DNA of 63,480 nt, filler included, from Sphacelaria rigidula (Eukaryota): assembly GCA_964200075.2 (NCBI GenBank). It is 7 parts of 7 records of this genome, joined end to end, with 100 filler letters (N's around TTAATTAATTAA, not from the genome) between each part and the next. Parts side by side here need not be neighbours in the genome. Positions count along the whole stretch, not along the records: positions 9,086 to 18,070 come from CAXNAA020009588.1; positions 18,171 to 27,155 come from CAXNAA020009589.1; 5 more parts are not named here. One strand, given 5' to 3'. Below are positions 11,443 to 24,264 of this stretch, one piece after another (the stretch's first letter is position 1; the number at the start of each line of letters is the position of its first letter). The notes below the pieces were generated by a model. That model was given only the letters and a program-made list of their open reading frames with translations. It was not told the DNA's origin and searched no databases. The position numbers and the translations under genes are program-made.

Positions 11443-14400
11443 ATGATCCCAGCTCGGAAAGGAAGAGGTGCCTCTAGCATCAGTGACAGCAGCGCGAATG
11501 TAAAGGTGGGCATGACTCTGGGACGCGGCAGAGGGCTATTTGCCGTCCGGTCCATGACAAAGGGCCACATCATCCTGGTAGAGAGGTGATCTTCCACTAC
11601 TACTGTACTCTCTATCCCCAAGTCGCATTGGTGGTGGTGGGGAGGTTGGGCATCGGCATCTATCTTACTCTCCGTACGTGATACAAGAGCTACGCCTGCC
11701 CGATGGAGAGGAGTAGGAGGTGCCCGCTTTCTTTGAGTTTCATATTCAATGTATATCGGTCTGTTTGTCGTGTGATGTCAGTGCTGCGGCGCATGTGCTG
11801 CTGTATCCTCCCGTACTTGTTCTGTCCCTGAATCTGATGCGCTATTATTCTGTTCGTGCGTTGACCATATACCGAGGAGTGCTGTGATGCCCGGCTCCCG
11901 GCCTGTGCCCGAGTTGCCGTGGAGATACGATCGCAGATGTCGGTCTTGCCCACTCCCGCTGTGTATTCTTGACGGTCATTAGTCTTTCTGAACATCGACT
12001 GCGCTGTTGGTGTTTCGGGCGAGTGCACGGCATGCCTTCTCTTTCGTTTTGGCCATGAAGTGCACGATGCGTTTCGATGCCTGATTGACCGCCGAGTAAG
12101 TCCAGTTGAATGAGTTTGTCCGGGAATCAAGGCCCATTGTTCTTGAGTGTCCACTGAGATTGTGGAGGGGAGTTCCGTGTTGACACACGGTATCATCAAC
12201 TTGAGGAAAGTCTATTTTTCACCCGTGCATCCAGGACATGACTTATAAACCCATTTTCTGTGAACGATACAAGTATGAGTACTGATTTGGTGTCGGTGTG
12301 TAAACCGGACGTGAGTTTTCACCTTGATCATGTTGTACCGCGTCTGTGTGACTTTTTCTGGGTCTGATTTTATGTTCGACTTCACTTCCCGGTAGATTGG
12401 GGTAGTTGAGCTGCGACCACGGAACGATTTTACAGCGAGCAAACTGAACTCGGTCGTCACCTTATCCACCATGGTCGAAAGTGAAAACGCACCAGACATC
12501 AGGCAGCCGGCAGTGCTTTCTCAATGCGCCTGTCTTGGCGTTCTCCGGTGCGAAGATCAATCCACACAACACGTTCCATACCACCGCTCTGCCCCGGACG
12601 CCGCATTGGCGCGTAGATCATGCCTCGTAGTCGACCACCTCGCCTTGCATTGTAGCTCTTTTTTTGAGAGCCGAGACAGCAACGGCCGGGAGGGTCCTCG
12701 TCGTGATCTACCCTCTGTTTTGGTCCACCCATGGGCGGAAACGGCAATTCGGAGCTTGACATTTTTGGCTTTTGGTTTGTGTGGGGGCCATTTGAAGACG
12801 TGATTCTTGAGGTAACTTGACGTTGTACACTAATTGCGGCCCTCGTACGAGTTACGAGTACTTGAACAAGTATTCAAGTGTGTGCCGTGTGAGATGAGAT
12901 TGGTACCCGCATTCACTCTCCCCGACGTATGTGTGGCGATGGTCCGATCTCAGAAGTCGACGCAAATAGCGGGTGAAGGTATGAACGATCACAACACTGT
13001 ACGCAATACTTGAGTATCAAGTTCAAAATATTTTTTTAATCATTGTGGTCGGTATTACGAGTTCTGCCTCCAGATACAAAAATGAAAGAAATACCCTACC
13101 CGACATATGTCTGATTGAACGCTATTGACCTACCCTCTCCGCCCAATATTGCGCGCCTTGCTGTTTGACTCTTCCTACCAATGCGGAAAACGACAGGCCT
13201 CTGGTCGCCATGCAAACCCTGGAAAATACCCAAGACGTCATGGTGTGTCGTAACTGTCTCGGTTTCGTCGGCACCGTTGATTCCCAGGTAAATACAGTAA
13301 TTATGACCGCGACGGTCTTGCCTACATTCTTCCCCGTGATATTTGTAGACAAGCACGAGTAGTACCCACCCGATCGCATCTCACACCGTGGACGGGACAC
13401 ATTTTATGCACATACCCTGCGAAGCACTGAATGTCGTCTGCACCAACGAGAGCAGTTCCGCTATTGACGTCCGTCTCGTGAAAATCTGACGTCCAACGCA
13501 AACCGGCGCAAATGACGTTTAACACGAGACTATCTTATTGGAACCTGTTCCCAGTAGGGTCATCATGGGTCACGAGAAGCCCGCGAAGGTACTACCACTA
13601 TAAGGGTTTCGCTTCTCCTCCTGATTCCATGCGGTATGCGCAGGTACTCTGATTTCATGCTGCTGCTAGTACGTTGTGCAACTGATGTAACCTTTCCACC
13701 GACCATCACTGCTCCCCTTTCATGCAGTTGCGATTGCTCTCTGGGGTACCTAGGCACGAGTGTCTGGAGCGGCTCAACGTGAATGGTTCCGAAAACTGTT
13801 GCGGTAATCGGGAGGTGCGTTCACACTATTCATGTGTTGAAACGGAAAATCTTTGACCATGCCGGTCACGTGAGGAGTGAACGCCGTTCAGTCAGAAGCA
13901 TGCCTTCTGTTGCTCATTACTCTTCTGGGGATATCTACGCGTACGGAGTAACAATATTCTCACTCGAGGGTCCGTTGACATTGGGCTGTGTAGTATCACG
14001 GCAATTACGGGATTTTCCCGAATATGGTGAAAGATCGCCTGAGGTCGTTTGATCCTAGTGGAACGGTCATGAGGAGGGCGCTGATGAAGAAAAATTACAT
14101 AATATACGCTATTCATAATCTACGGCCCGTTGATCCGGGTCTTGTGATGATCATTCCTTCACTTGCTGAGCCCTCCTCCACCGTCACTTCGACAACACCC
14201 GAGAAGTGAAATACGTTATGTACTTTCGGGACTGAAGATGTAGTACCTGTATCGAGAAATGGAATATGGGTGAGACAGGAAAGCTCGGAAGCAACGAATG
14301 AACTAGCGACGATTTGGCTTTACATCAACCTTGGCTCGCTCGTCCCCAGCACGATATGGGTAATCTAGGTGTTGCTTCGATTTGTAGTGAGTACCCTGTC

Positions 14401-16545
14401 GACTAGGAGCTGGGCCAGCTTGAGCTACTTGCTCACACCGCAGCTTGTCCAGGTTCCCGGATGAACCCGATGTAGGCATCCCGCTGTGAACTGTGACATC
14501 TTGTTTTCCCAGAAGTTTCGAATGCCCATATCTTCTGTTCATTAAATTTTATTTGCTGGTCCCGTGACCTTCATCATTTCGATCATGAGAAGCCGCTGTC
14601 AACGTTTCAGCGCTCAACTCCTTATACCGCGCCGTGCGTCATTGAGCGAGACACGCACGTATTTTCGGCTGACCCAGCTCGTACTCCTGGTACAGACGGG
14701 CGCGCTCGGACGCGGTTTCACGAAGTGACTTGTCTCCCCGGGGAGTTGATTATTTTGATCGTCGGCCTACCCTGCCCACCAACGAATGGAACCTCATGTC
14801 CCTCGTCTGACTAGGTAAATCGACTGCGATATACCGCTTTCCTGTCGTTTTGAATTCGACTTGCAGGCGTCACCACCTCAGGCAGTGTTTTCGGGTATCC
14901 ACGAGTGTTTGCAAGGGTGCGGTGAGGTGTACTGCTCGCCCAAATGCAGGCGGGAGCACTTCGATCGGTGTCATCGACTACTCTGCGTCGGACCAATCCC
15001 TGACGAGGAAGCGCCAACGCATCCATTGGTCGCCTTCAGGGTGAGACGCGGGATGTTCACTTGTGCGACTGCAGTAGCTGCTGACGAGCAGTGAACCTCG
15101 TTTATCTCAACATTGAAGTATTGTAGGATATCCCGATTGAGCGTGAAGAACTCAACACCGCGCCAATTCCAACCACCTCCCGGTCTTTTCGCTGGGTCCA
15201 CATGGACATGAGAACCAACGACGCTCGTGAAGTGCATGCTCATCTGTTGTAGCCATTCCACAGCTGACTGTGCTTCCTCACTTTGTGCTCATCTGGAGTT
15301 ATTGGCCCATCCTCCCGGCTTGGCCTATCCCAGGTGCACGCGATGCAAACGAACGAGATCTTTCTGCTGGTTGGAGAAGTGATCGCCCACATGGTATCGA
15401 CGTTTCAAGCAAATGGCGGAGACCTTGATGCAGCTATGGCGCCTTTTCGTAACTTCGTGCAAGAGCCGTGGTGGGATGTCGCGGTGTCACGTGGAGCTCA
15501 CCAGGATGCCGCTTCACGACTTTGCAACAATGAATTGTCGACAAAGCCGGAGTCCTCAGCCTCTGTTGATGAACCGGGTGTCTCTGAAGTGAAATCGGCA
15601 GATGATGTCACGAACACGTTGGTCAAGTCCTGTACTGCGGAAGGGACTGCCTCGTTTCCGGAAACACTACGCAGTCTGTGCGAAGAGTCTTGTAAGCTGC
15701 TGAGAGAAGCACTGGGGGGATCCCATCCTGGTTTGGATGAAATTTTGTGTACCGAGCGTATCGGTCGAGTGGTGGGGATGTTTGAGCAAAACAATGTTGG
15801 TATCCGTGTATCTTCACCTATATCGCATGTGTTGCGAGCGCTAATGGATCTCAGTCCGGACGTTTCCGACAGTCGAACCGAAAATGTACCGCGCGGTTTT
15901 GTAGAGAAGGTCGCGGCCATGGTGAAGAACTTAGTGTATGATGATGAGTCGGATTGTAACTCGGGGGGCGATTGTGAAGAGGTCGAGGATGCTTGTCGAG
16001 AAAAACGGAAGGAGAAACATGCATGTTCATCGTTACACAGCAGCAAGGACTGTGGTGATGCTTGTTCGAGTATGACGGGTGAAGAGTGTCATGACGTTGG
16101 CCACCTCTGTGAGGTCGAGTCATTCGAGATATTGCGGGAGGCGGTAGCAGAGAATGAAGGGGACGACGATGCCGGGCCTGGTGCGTTGTTTGCCCCCTTG
16201 GATGGTACAGCGCTGTACACGTTGATTTGCTGCATGAACCACTCGTGCCGGCCCAACTGCGTTATCCAATACTCCGACGAGAGGGCGCTGTCGGACATGC
16301 TCCCTTGCACCGGGTCGAGTATCGACTCGCTAGAAAGTGCTTCAATCAGTCGAGCGGCTCATCCACTGGTGGCCGAGGTTTTATTGCTCGAAGGTGTCGA
16401 GGAAGGAGTCGAGCTCACACAAAGCTACGTCGATAGGTCATTGACTTTGAAGGATAGGAGGGAAGCTCTCATGGACTACGGATTCCTGTGTCGATGTCCT
16501 CGTTGTTTAGAGGAGGAAGTTCAGAGTCTCTCTGCCCCAAATTAG
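11443..16545 (+). CDS. SET and MYND domain lysine methyltransferase (SMYD5-like); exons 11443-11585, 13197-13287, 14867-15040, 15334-16545
   Basis: Motifs are GRGRGLFA...GHIILVERP (SET-N), CRNC...C..GCGEVYCSPKC...H..LC (MYND-like), MNHSCRPN, GVELTQSY and post-SET FLCRCPRC. All junctions are GT-AG with compatible phases (2,0,0). An extra small exon in intron 2 cannot be excluded. Confidence 0.88.
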
Positions 16546-18070
16546 ACATGCTACACTGCGCTCGAAATTCCATTATTTGGAACGGGAAAATTAGGTATTT
16601 CTGCGCCCACCGTACCTCGGGCTTTTCTTGACGAGTGAGTGAGCATAGTGCCGTCCCTCTTTTTTGACATCGGTCCACACCTCTTGGATGTGGGCGCAGG
16701 ACCTGGGGTCATTCAAGAGTGTCGGCAATAGAAAGCTTCCCCTTCATTGTTACCTCACCCTTCTGCGGTCTTTCCTTCTGACGGATCGTCGCGAGAGGGG
16801 CGTGATGATTCTTGGCTTGTCGACGATGGCGTTGAAAACCGTCACGTCGACACGGAAGCCTTGTTGAGATGTGTTCCGATACTGAGCCAGCAGAGCGAGC
16901 GGCATGATGCAGGGTCGAGGTCACAACATACTATAGTCGGACGAAACTGTTGAAACAGCCGTCAACCACCGTGCGGAGAAGAAGCAGCTCCACGGCTGAC
17001 ATGTGACATTTGGAAAGGACAACAAGCAAAGCGAGAGAGAACTCCTGACGTATACGGGCTTTTTTGTTCACGAGTTTAAAACATGGTTACACTACTCTGG
17101 GTCACCCGTGTCTTCCTCGTTATTTTCCTTGATTATCTTCTTTTCTTTTCTACCGGTGTACAATCTGACAGATTTGGCGCTTGTTTGATGATATTCTTTC
17201 CTTTCCTCTCAATTTGATTCGGCTTTTCACTTCCTAATTTTCACAGTCCCGTTGTTCGTAGTTCTTTTCTCACGTGAGGAGTCGGAGGGGCGGGTATTGG
17301 AAAGGCAAGCCTGCGTAGTTGACCATGCGTTCGCGAGACTGTACCAACGTGCAAAAATTATGATGTGGGCATTTCATTCATATCTTGAAACTAATTGCCC
17401 TCGACTCATGGAAAAAAACTACATTTCATGGCCGACCAAGGGCTTGCCACACGATCGGTCACATGTGTTTGAGACTACTAGCCAGTCGGAACAATCTGTC
17501 GCAGACCATATACCGTCCAATGTTTGAGCTGTACGGTGGAGTGTAGCCAGGGCATAACCAACTAAACAAAATGGGTCTAGTTGATTTACTGTGGGGAAGA
17601 CCAAACCTCCCGAGACTACACTACCGTCTTCCAAAAATACACAGGGCGATTTATTGATTGCGCTAGCGTCTGAAACCATTGGCCCTATATGCCACCACAA
17701 CTGTGGACGCGAATTGGCGATGTAGATAGATGCGTCTAGCTTGACTGAGCAAGCACTGCAGAGCATTGTGGTACTTGCCTGGTCTTGCTCTTGTCGTGGA
17801 ACCGTGATGTACAATGAATTGCCGAAACTCATGAATATAATAACTTGGCCCTGGCTCCGTACGTACAGTATGCGAAGAAGTAAAGCTTCATTAACACGAG
17901 TTTCTATTGATATAATGTGAATATTTCCATTTTTCAATTTTATACTTCTTTTTATTCATGTATGGGGTTCAGTAACCCCCCCCAACCCCGCCGCCGCCGA
18001 AGCGGTGCTCCGTCTTGAAAGAGATACGTGGTCAATGGTCAGACGGCTAAGGCAAGCAACAAATGAGTAC

Positions 18071-18170
18071 NNNNNNNNNNNNNNNNNNNNNNNNNNNNNN
18101 NNNNNNNNNNNNNNTTAATTAATTAANNNNNNNNNNNNNNNNNNNNNNNNNNNNNNNNNNNNNNNNNNNN
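18071..18170. other. Artificial contig linker
   Basis: Same 100-bp spacer. Confidence 0.99.
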
Positions 18171-18353
18171 GTCAACTTATTATACTAAAACCAAGTAATT
18201 TCGTGACGAATCATCATTTGTCCTAACAGTGAAACGTTTCAAGGGGAAACCCGGCCGTCCGGGCAAAAACTCCCTCCCCTCAACAGCTTGTGCTCCATCT
18301 AGATAATCCATAGACGCCCGCCAAGGCAGATACACGACATGTCAGGAAACGCC

Positions 18354-21300
18354 CTAGAAAACCCATGCCCCTCGAAGTAGCGTGAATGACTTAACCCAAA
18401 ATGCGCATGAATGCATCACTGGAACATCTAAAAATACCCGGCACGAGCACAATGGTACACACAAAAAACGTACCCACTTGTCACGTTCCAAGTTCATCAA
18501 CAACCGCCTGTGCCTCGTAAACACGCTAATCGAAAGAGGCTTCGTCAAAATATCTGCATGCTGCCATCCTGAGCCTAAATGTACAACCCTGACCTTTCCC
18601 GTTCCCACCAGCTCTCGAATGAAGTGATATCTCACGTCTATGTGCTTACTCCTCTCGGAACTGAGAGGATTTTCGGCCAGAGCTTTTGCTCTCTCGGTGT
18701 CCTCGTACAAAATAATACCTTGGTTCTCTCCGCTTCCTGACACAGTCTGCGGTCGCAAGAACGTCAACACTGCCTTCACAAACAAACCCTCCTTTGCCCC
18801 CTCGGCCATTGCAACATACTTTGCGTCCGTAGTTGACAGAGTTACGCCGTGTTGCGTGCGGCTCGTTGCCGACACTACCACACCGCCGAACATCACGGTT
18901 ACCCCTGAAACCGAACGCCTATCCGTTTCCTTCTAGGCGTAATCTGCATCGCAGTAGACCAAGAGTCCATCATGAGCTTTCTTGAACGTAAGTCCTAACT
19001 TCTTCGTCTCATTTAGATACTTCAGAACTTTCATAACAGCTTCTCAGTGCCTCTAGCATGGATCATGCGACTGGCGAGCAAGCGCTCTTACCGAATTCGC
19101 GATGTCGGGTTTGGTGACTGTTGCCAGCCGCATCAACCCCCCACTGCGTTACGGTATGGGCGATTCACCTTTTTGTCTTCGCCCGTTGTCGGCCCCAACT
19201 TTACAGAAACAGAGGCAGGGATTTCCGAGTACCCCCTCACCTCAAAACGCTTCAGGAGTGTGTCCGTGAACGTGGTTTGCGTCACAGACAGTGTGCCTTT
19301 ATCCCACTCTCTATCCACCGCGCATCTCGTGTACCAGGTGACCTCTCCGAGATTGTTCGTGGGGAAAGTTTTGTTGAGGATTTGGCCCACCTTTCCTGCG
19401 TATTCCTCAGAACCACTGATGAGGATGTCGTCCACATGGACAACTAAAATCACACGTACTTCTCCTACATCCTCCATATTAAAAACACATGGATCAGCTT
19501 CGCACTGAACCATTCCGACATTCTCCAGTAAAGTTTGACACAGGAGACGAGACCACTGCCTGCTTGCTTGATCTCGTAAATAATGTTTTTCAAGCTTTAC
19601 GCTCACGTCTATCAAAACGGAGCAACCTTTAGGCAACCGCATGTGTACATCGGTATCCATTTCCGCTTGAACAAAAGCCTGTGTCACATCAAAATGGTAC
19701 AGCGGCCACTCTTCTTGAACTACCACTGCCATGACCAGTTTGATGGATGCCATGGAGGGCGTTGCCGCGAAAGTCCCGAAATAGTCGACTGCAAAACGTT
19801 GCCCAAAACCATCTGCGTCGGTCTTCCAACTAAAACCCCACTTCGCTGAAATCACGTTTGCTGCTTCCGGTACAGGGCCAGTCGAAAATGTTGCAGCCTT
19901 TTCGTGACCTCCTAGTTCGGCCTGCATCGTGCCTGACCATGTCTCTCGAAATTCTGACTTGGCAATGTCATCCATACTGGTTGGTGCTGCCTCTATTTCG
20001 CTTACGTGTAGACCAACCGGTGAACGCAAACCGAATGCAGGCTGCCCTACCATGTTTTCCTCAGCAACAAAACAAAAAAACTTGTTTTCAGCTAACTCGT
20101 GTTGAGTCGAAGCGATTGCGTCTTGCCCAGCCACCTGTTCTGCTGCCGCGGTAATCATCTCCATGGTTGAGCATTTGTCCTCCTCCATTCCCGCCAGCGC
20201 CATATTCACTTCCTTTTTGCTTCCTCCGCTCCGCCAGCCACCAGCGTTTCATCTTTTGCGTGTACCGACCCCATTGCCTCGCGCGTTTGGCTCCTCGTAC
20301 GCCCCGCCCTTGGTGTTGGTAACCGGTCAGCCCACGCAAGACGGCGTTGCTCGGTCCTTGGGAGTTGAGGAGCGTCGCCGCCCCCCCCCGCCATCTTGCG
20401 AGGGACCCATGGCAGAGGGTGACAGTGCGAGCGACGAGGCAGTGTCCGATGCCGATGTGAGCGTTGGCGTAGGTGTCGGCGTCTGTGCTGGTGTCTGCGT
20501 CGGCGTAGGTATCGGCGTCTGCGCTGATGTTGGCGTTGATGGTGATGATGATGATGATTCCGGCTCCACCTCACCCCCTCCGTTGACAAAATGTGGAACG
20601 GGGATCTCTGGTTTCACCCCGCCTTCCCCCCCCCTTCGCGGGGACGGTCAAGGCACTTCGCCCCCTCCAATACTGACGGGGATCTTCGGTGCTGCTCCGC
20701 CCCTCCCAACAGAACTCGGCGGGGAGGACGGCGCGCTTGAGTAATCGCTGGGCGAAGTGTCCACTGTCGAGCTTTCCGTCCTGTCTTTACCCGCATCCTG
20801 GCCTTGATCGACGCTGGAATCTTTCAGCTCGCCCGGCGTCTGGATCGTTTGCTGTAGTGTACGGGGGAGGGCGGCGGACGTACGTGCCCATATTACATGT
20901 CGAGTGATGCTACGATAGGGGTTGCACCTGTTGTTTCTGGGTCTCCTTTTTGTAGGAGCCTAAATATATGGGGCTTACTGTGCAACCCAAATTTCCGGGG
21001 ACAGGACATGGAGATGCACACAAAGGCCTTTTCGTGAATCGGAGTCATTTTCAGTCGTTTTCAAGTGAAAATGATGCCGATTCTCAAAATTATCCGTGGA
21101 ACACTCCGAGAAACATTTTCGCTCAAAAAGTGCAACCCTACCGTAGCATCACTCTGTCTTGTTACGGAGATATTTCGTCGTACAGTCAGAACTCGCATCG
21201 CGTCACGTGGGTAGCCTGGGGCTGGGCTCAAGTACCAAACATTTTTCGGCCTTCTGCTGTAATTTATTTGTCCGCTTCCTCCCACAAAAACTAGGCTTCA

Positions 21301-22486
21301 AGAACGGAATGAGATCACCTTCCGGTGGTGATCCATACCACATCTCATGCGGTGATTTATGGTGCGGGTTAGCCGAGGTAGCGGTACAGTTCAGGGCGTG
21401 ACATGCCCAGTTTGCCTGTTCAGCCCACAGGCTGTCAACATTTGGGATGCGCTCATCGGGGTACAGCTCGAATGCTTGGGTTCTGGCCGCAAAGCCTGCT
21501 GTTTCGATGATACCTAACGCTCGCTCTGTAACGCCGTTGAACTGGGGTGAGTCGGCAGTTGTCTTCTCCAGCTTGATATTTTCCCGGTCGCATAGTTCAC
21601 CAAATGCACCCTCCGAAAATTCACTCCCGTCATCGCTACGGATCATCTGAATTTTTCTCGGAGAGACCCATGCAATGTATTTCGCGAAGTATATCTCTGC
21701 CTCATCCTACTTACGCAGGAAATACAGCTTTGTGTGCCGTGAGTGATCATCTCGGACTATCATCGTGCACGACTTTCCCCCGTGAGACTTGACTGGTGTC
21801 GGCCCGGAACGATCTACAAACACCCTAGACGCTGACTTAGCTGCTCTCGTGTGCGTCGATCTTGGAATCGATGCCCGCAGTCCCTTCGCCTCTGAGCAGC
21901 CGCGGCAGGGCTGCAGCTCCCCAGCCAGCTGCTTTCCCTGCTGCTTCGCCGTCTTCCTCAGTAAATCCTCGTGGATGTCAGCGTGGGAACAGTGGAACTC
22001 GTTGATGTCAGCGGTCTGGGGGCTAGGTGGAGCCCCCGGGGCCATAACAGCATATGCCGAAGCACACTTGTCACTACCACTTTGATCGAAGCGGCGGGCG
22101 TACATTCCGAGTTGCCGTGGTTGTCCGGGTATTATCAGTGCATTTCCTGAATTGAGATCTACCCTGAAACCTGTACGAAAACCAGTGTAGGTGTGTCCCA
22201 TGTGTTGGACCCTCGTAAGTGACAAGAGGTGATGACGGACACCAGGTACATGATCAACATCCACTAGTTTTAGGATCACATCCTGTCCGTCAGATCTGAA
22301 GGCAAGAGACAAATTTTCTCTGACTACGATCGGATAAGTACTACCTCCCGCACACCGTAGTACCCTACCCTTGCACTCTCTGTACTCCGCTATCCCATGG
22401 GAATCGTGGGAGAAATGCTGGGTAACTCCCGTGTCAAATATCCACGGTTCGCCCTCACCTTGCTGACTGTCACCCCCCCCGCTCAA
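18354..22486 (-). pseudogene. pol: copia pol (PR-INT-RT-RH), fragmented
   Basis: ORF pieces 21707-22486, 21203-21646, 19133-20209 and 18354-18896 carry the motifs above. Confidence 0.92.
20902..21154. mobile_element. 253-bp MITE with ~28-bp TIRs and 4-bp TSD (TGTC), Sola-like by termini
   Basis: Left end gagtgatgctacgataggggttgcac, right end gtgcaaccctaccgtagcatcactc. TGTC lies at 20898-20901 and 21155-21158. Removing the insert restores the copia motif ISVTRHVIW. Confidence 0.9.
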
Positions 22487-23999
22487 GACTCAATGCATAC
22501 TCGCCTGTGTCGCCGTTGATGGTGGTGTCAAGAGAGGTGAAAGCCTCCCCATCCGCCACCGAACAGACGGAGGAGCTGTCGCTGTCGTCGGCCGCGCCCG
22601 TCGCCATCACCGCGTCTTCTTTCTTCTCTGTCGATCTCGGGCAGTCCCAGAGCGTGTGCCCCTGCTGACCGCACCTCCCGCAGTATTTCTTCGGGCAGTT
22701 CCTGGCTCGATGCGTCGTGTTCTCGTCGCAAAAGTGGCAGCGGAGCAGCTGCCCAGTCGCCGATTTGCCGTCCGACGATGCCGACCTAGAGCTACTTGCA
22801 CTCTGGCTCCCGCCGTTCTTCTGACCAGAGCCCTGGGATTTTTCGGGTCTTCCCTTGCGGTGCGCACCGCTCGTTTTTCCGGTCCCACTCCTGGCAAGGA
22901 GAGCCTGATCGCCCGGGGATGACATCTTTCTTCGGGCAAGTTCCTGCTTCAAAGATGTTGATTCGAAGCGCTTCCGGATCGAAGTCAACACAACCTCCCG
23001 TGTCAGCAGTCCCACTCGATCCTCGAGCAATTGCTTCTGAACGTGATACTCGAAGGGCAACGCGTTGAGGAATTTAAAGAGAATATGGTTTTCGCTTAGT
23101 CGTTCATGCTCCTCGTATGAATTCAGGTTATGTGCAAGTTCCTCCATCTCGAGCAGCTTCTGCTCTGGATGATCACGGACACCAATCTTGACTCCATCGA
23201 ACTTTTCCAACAAAGCGGTTCTCGCCCCATTTTGGGGGGGGCGAAAGACATCCTCGAGTTTTCTCCAAACCGCAGCAGGTGAGTGGATTCCAAGCAAAAT
23301 ATCTTGCTCCCTCCTTCCTTCTAAACTAGCTACAAGCATTCGTCTGGCTCTGACGTTGGCTGCCACTGTGTCGTACCCATGTCTGCTCTCTAGATACCCC
23401 ATTTCTATTTCAGGATTACCAACGCCTACATCGTAAGACCTATCGCCGGCCATGGTGAACACCCAGCCAATTCCTTCGCCCCTTGCGAAGTTCACCAGTT
23501 CGTGCCTGTACCGAGCATAATCAGCGCTCTTCACTGAACCTTTTGGGACGTTTTGTCGGAGAGCGGGAACCCCTGACACATTTCCACTTGTATCGTTTAT
23601 TTGGATTGACTCACATGCGGGGACAAAGCCCCTAGCTTCGTCACTGGCGGCCTCGTTGTCCATTGCGTCGCGCGCTCCGTCCTCTGGGACAGCTTGACTT
23701 CCGATGTACCGTCGCCCCCTTCGAGCTCCAGCACCACGTCGCTCCTCTGTTCTATTTATGTTAAATCCCCCCTGTTGACTATGGGAACCTTCACTATCGA
23801 GGACGCCGTTGTTTTCTGCGCCCCCGGCCTCTCTTTGTGACTTCATATTGTCTATGTTACTCTGTAATGTAGCTTAGCTTAGCTGCATATCACGCATGAG
23901 CTGAGCCAAGGAACTGATCTGACTACGTACTTCTCGCAACTCCTCAGAAACATCCTGTTCACCCCTAACTGTAGCAGGCCTGTCATCTTGTTCTGCCAT
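22470..23999 (-). pseudogene. gag: copia gag with two CCHC-type knuckles
   Basis: 458-aa ORF containing CHFCDENTTHRARNC and CGRCGQQGHTLWDC. An in-frame upstream ATG at 23999 is cut off by one TAA. Confidence 0.85.
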
Positions 24000-24120
24000 T
24001 CTGCCCAACCGGTTGTAACACTAGTGTATTCCGTGGCCCGTGGCGAAGGATAGATAGTTTTATCTTTTGTATTATTGGAGAGTGCCTGGACTGAGTCGAC
24101 CCTATGACTGAGGGATCAGA

Positions 24121-24264
24121 TGTTGAGTGAGCTCAGCAGGCAGCGTCGTAACTACCATGAGCGGGGTACTGTAGTCACACACACTCGACTACCAGTACCC
24201 GCACGTCCGCATCAATCTATCCGCACATGTGCATGTTCACTCAGTGTACCTGTTCACACGAACA
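24121..24264 (-). repeat. Putative 144-bp LTR shared by tandem copia copies
   Basis: TGTT...AACA ends. On - it is preceded by the purine tract tcagagggga (PPT of copy B) and followed by the gag leader of copy A. Confidence 0.7.

Larger units (their letters stand above)
18238..24264 (-). mobile_element. Ty1/copia LTR retrotransposon, copy A (decayed; 3' LTR absent)
   Basis: Domain order on - is gag (zinc knuckles), protease WIFDTG, pre-integrase H..H..CRGC, integrase (VFVD.SGP, IRSDDGSEF, QFNGVTER), RT (HFDVTQAF, LVVHVDD), RNase H (SKHIDVRYHFIRE, ADILTKPL). Stops and frameshifts are present. Confidence 0.95.
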
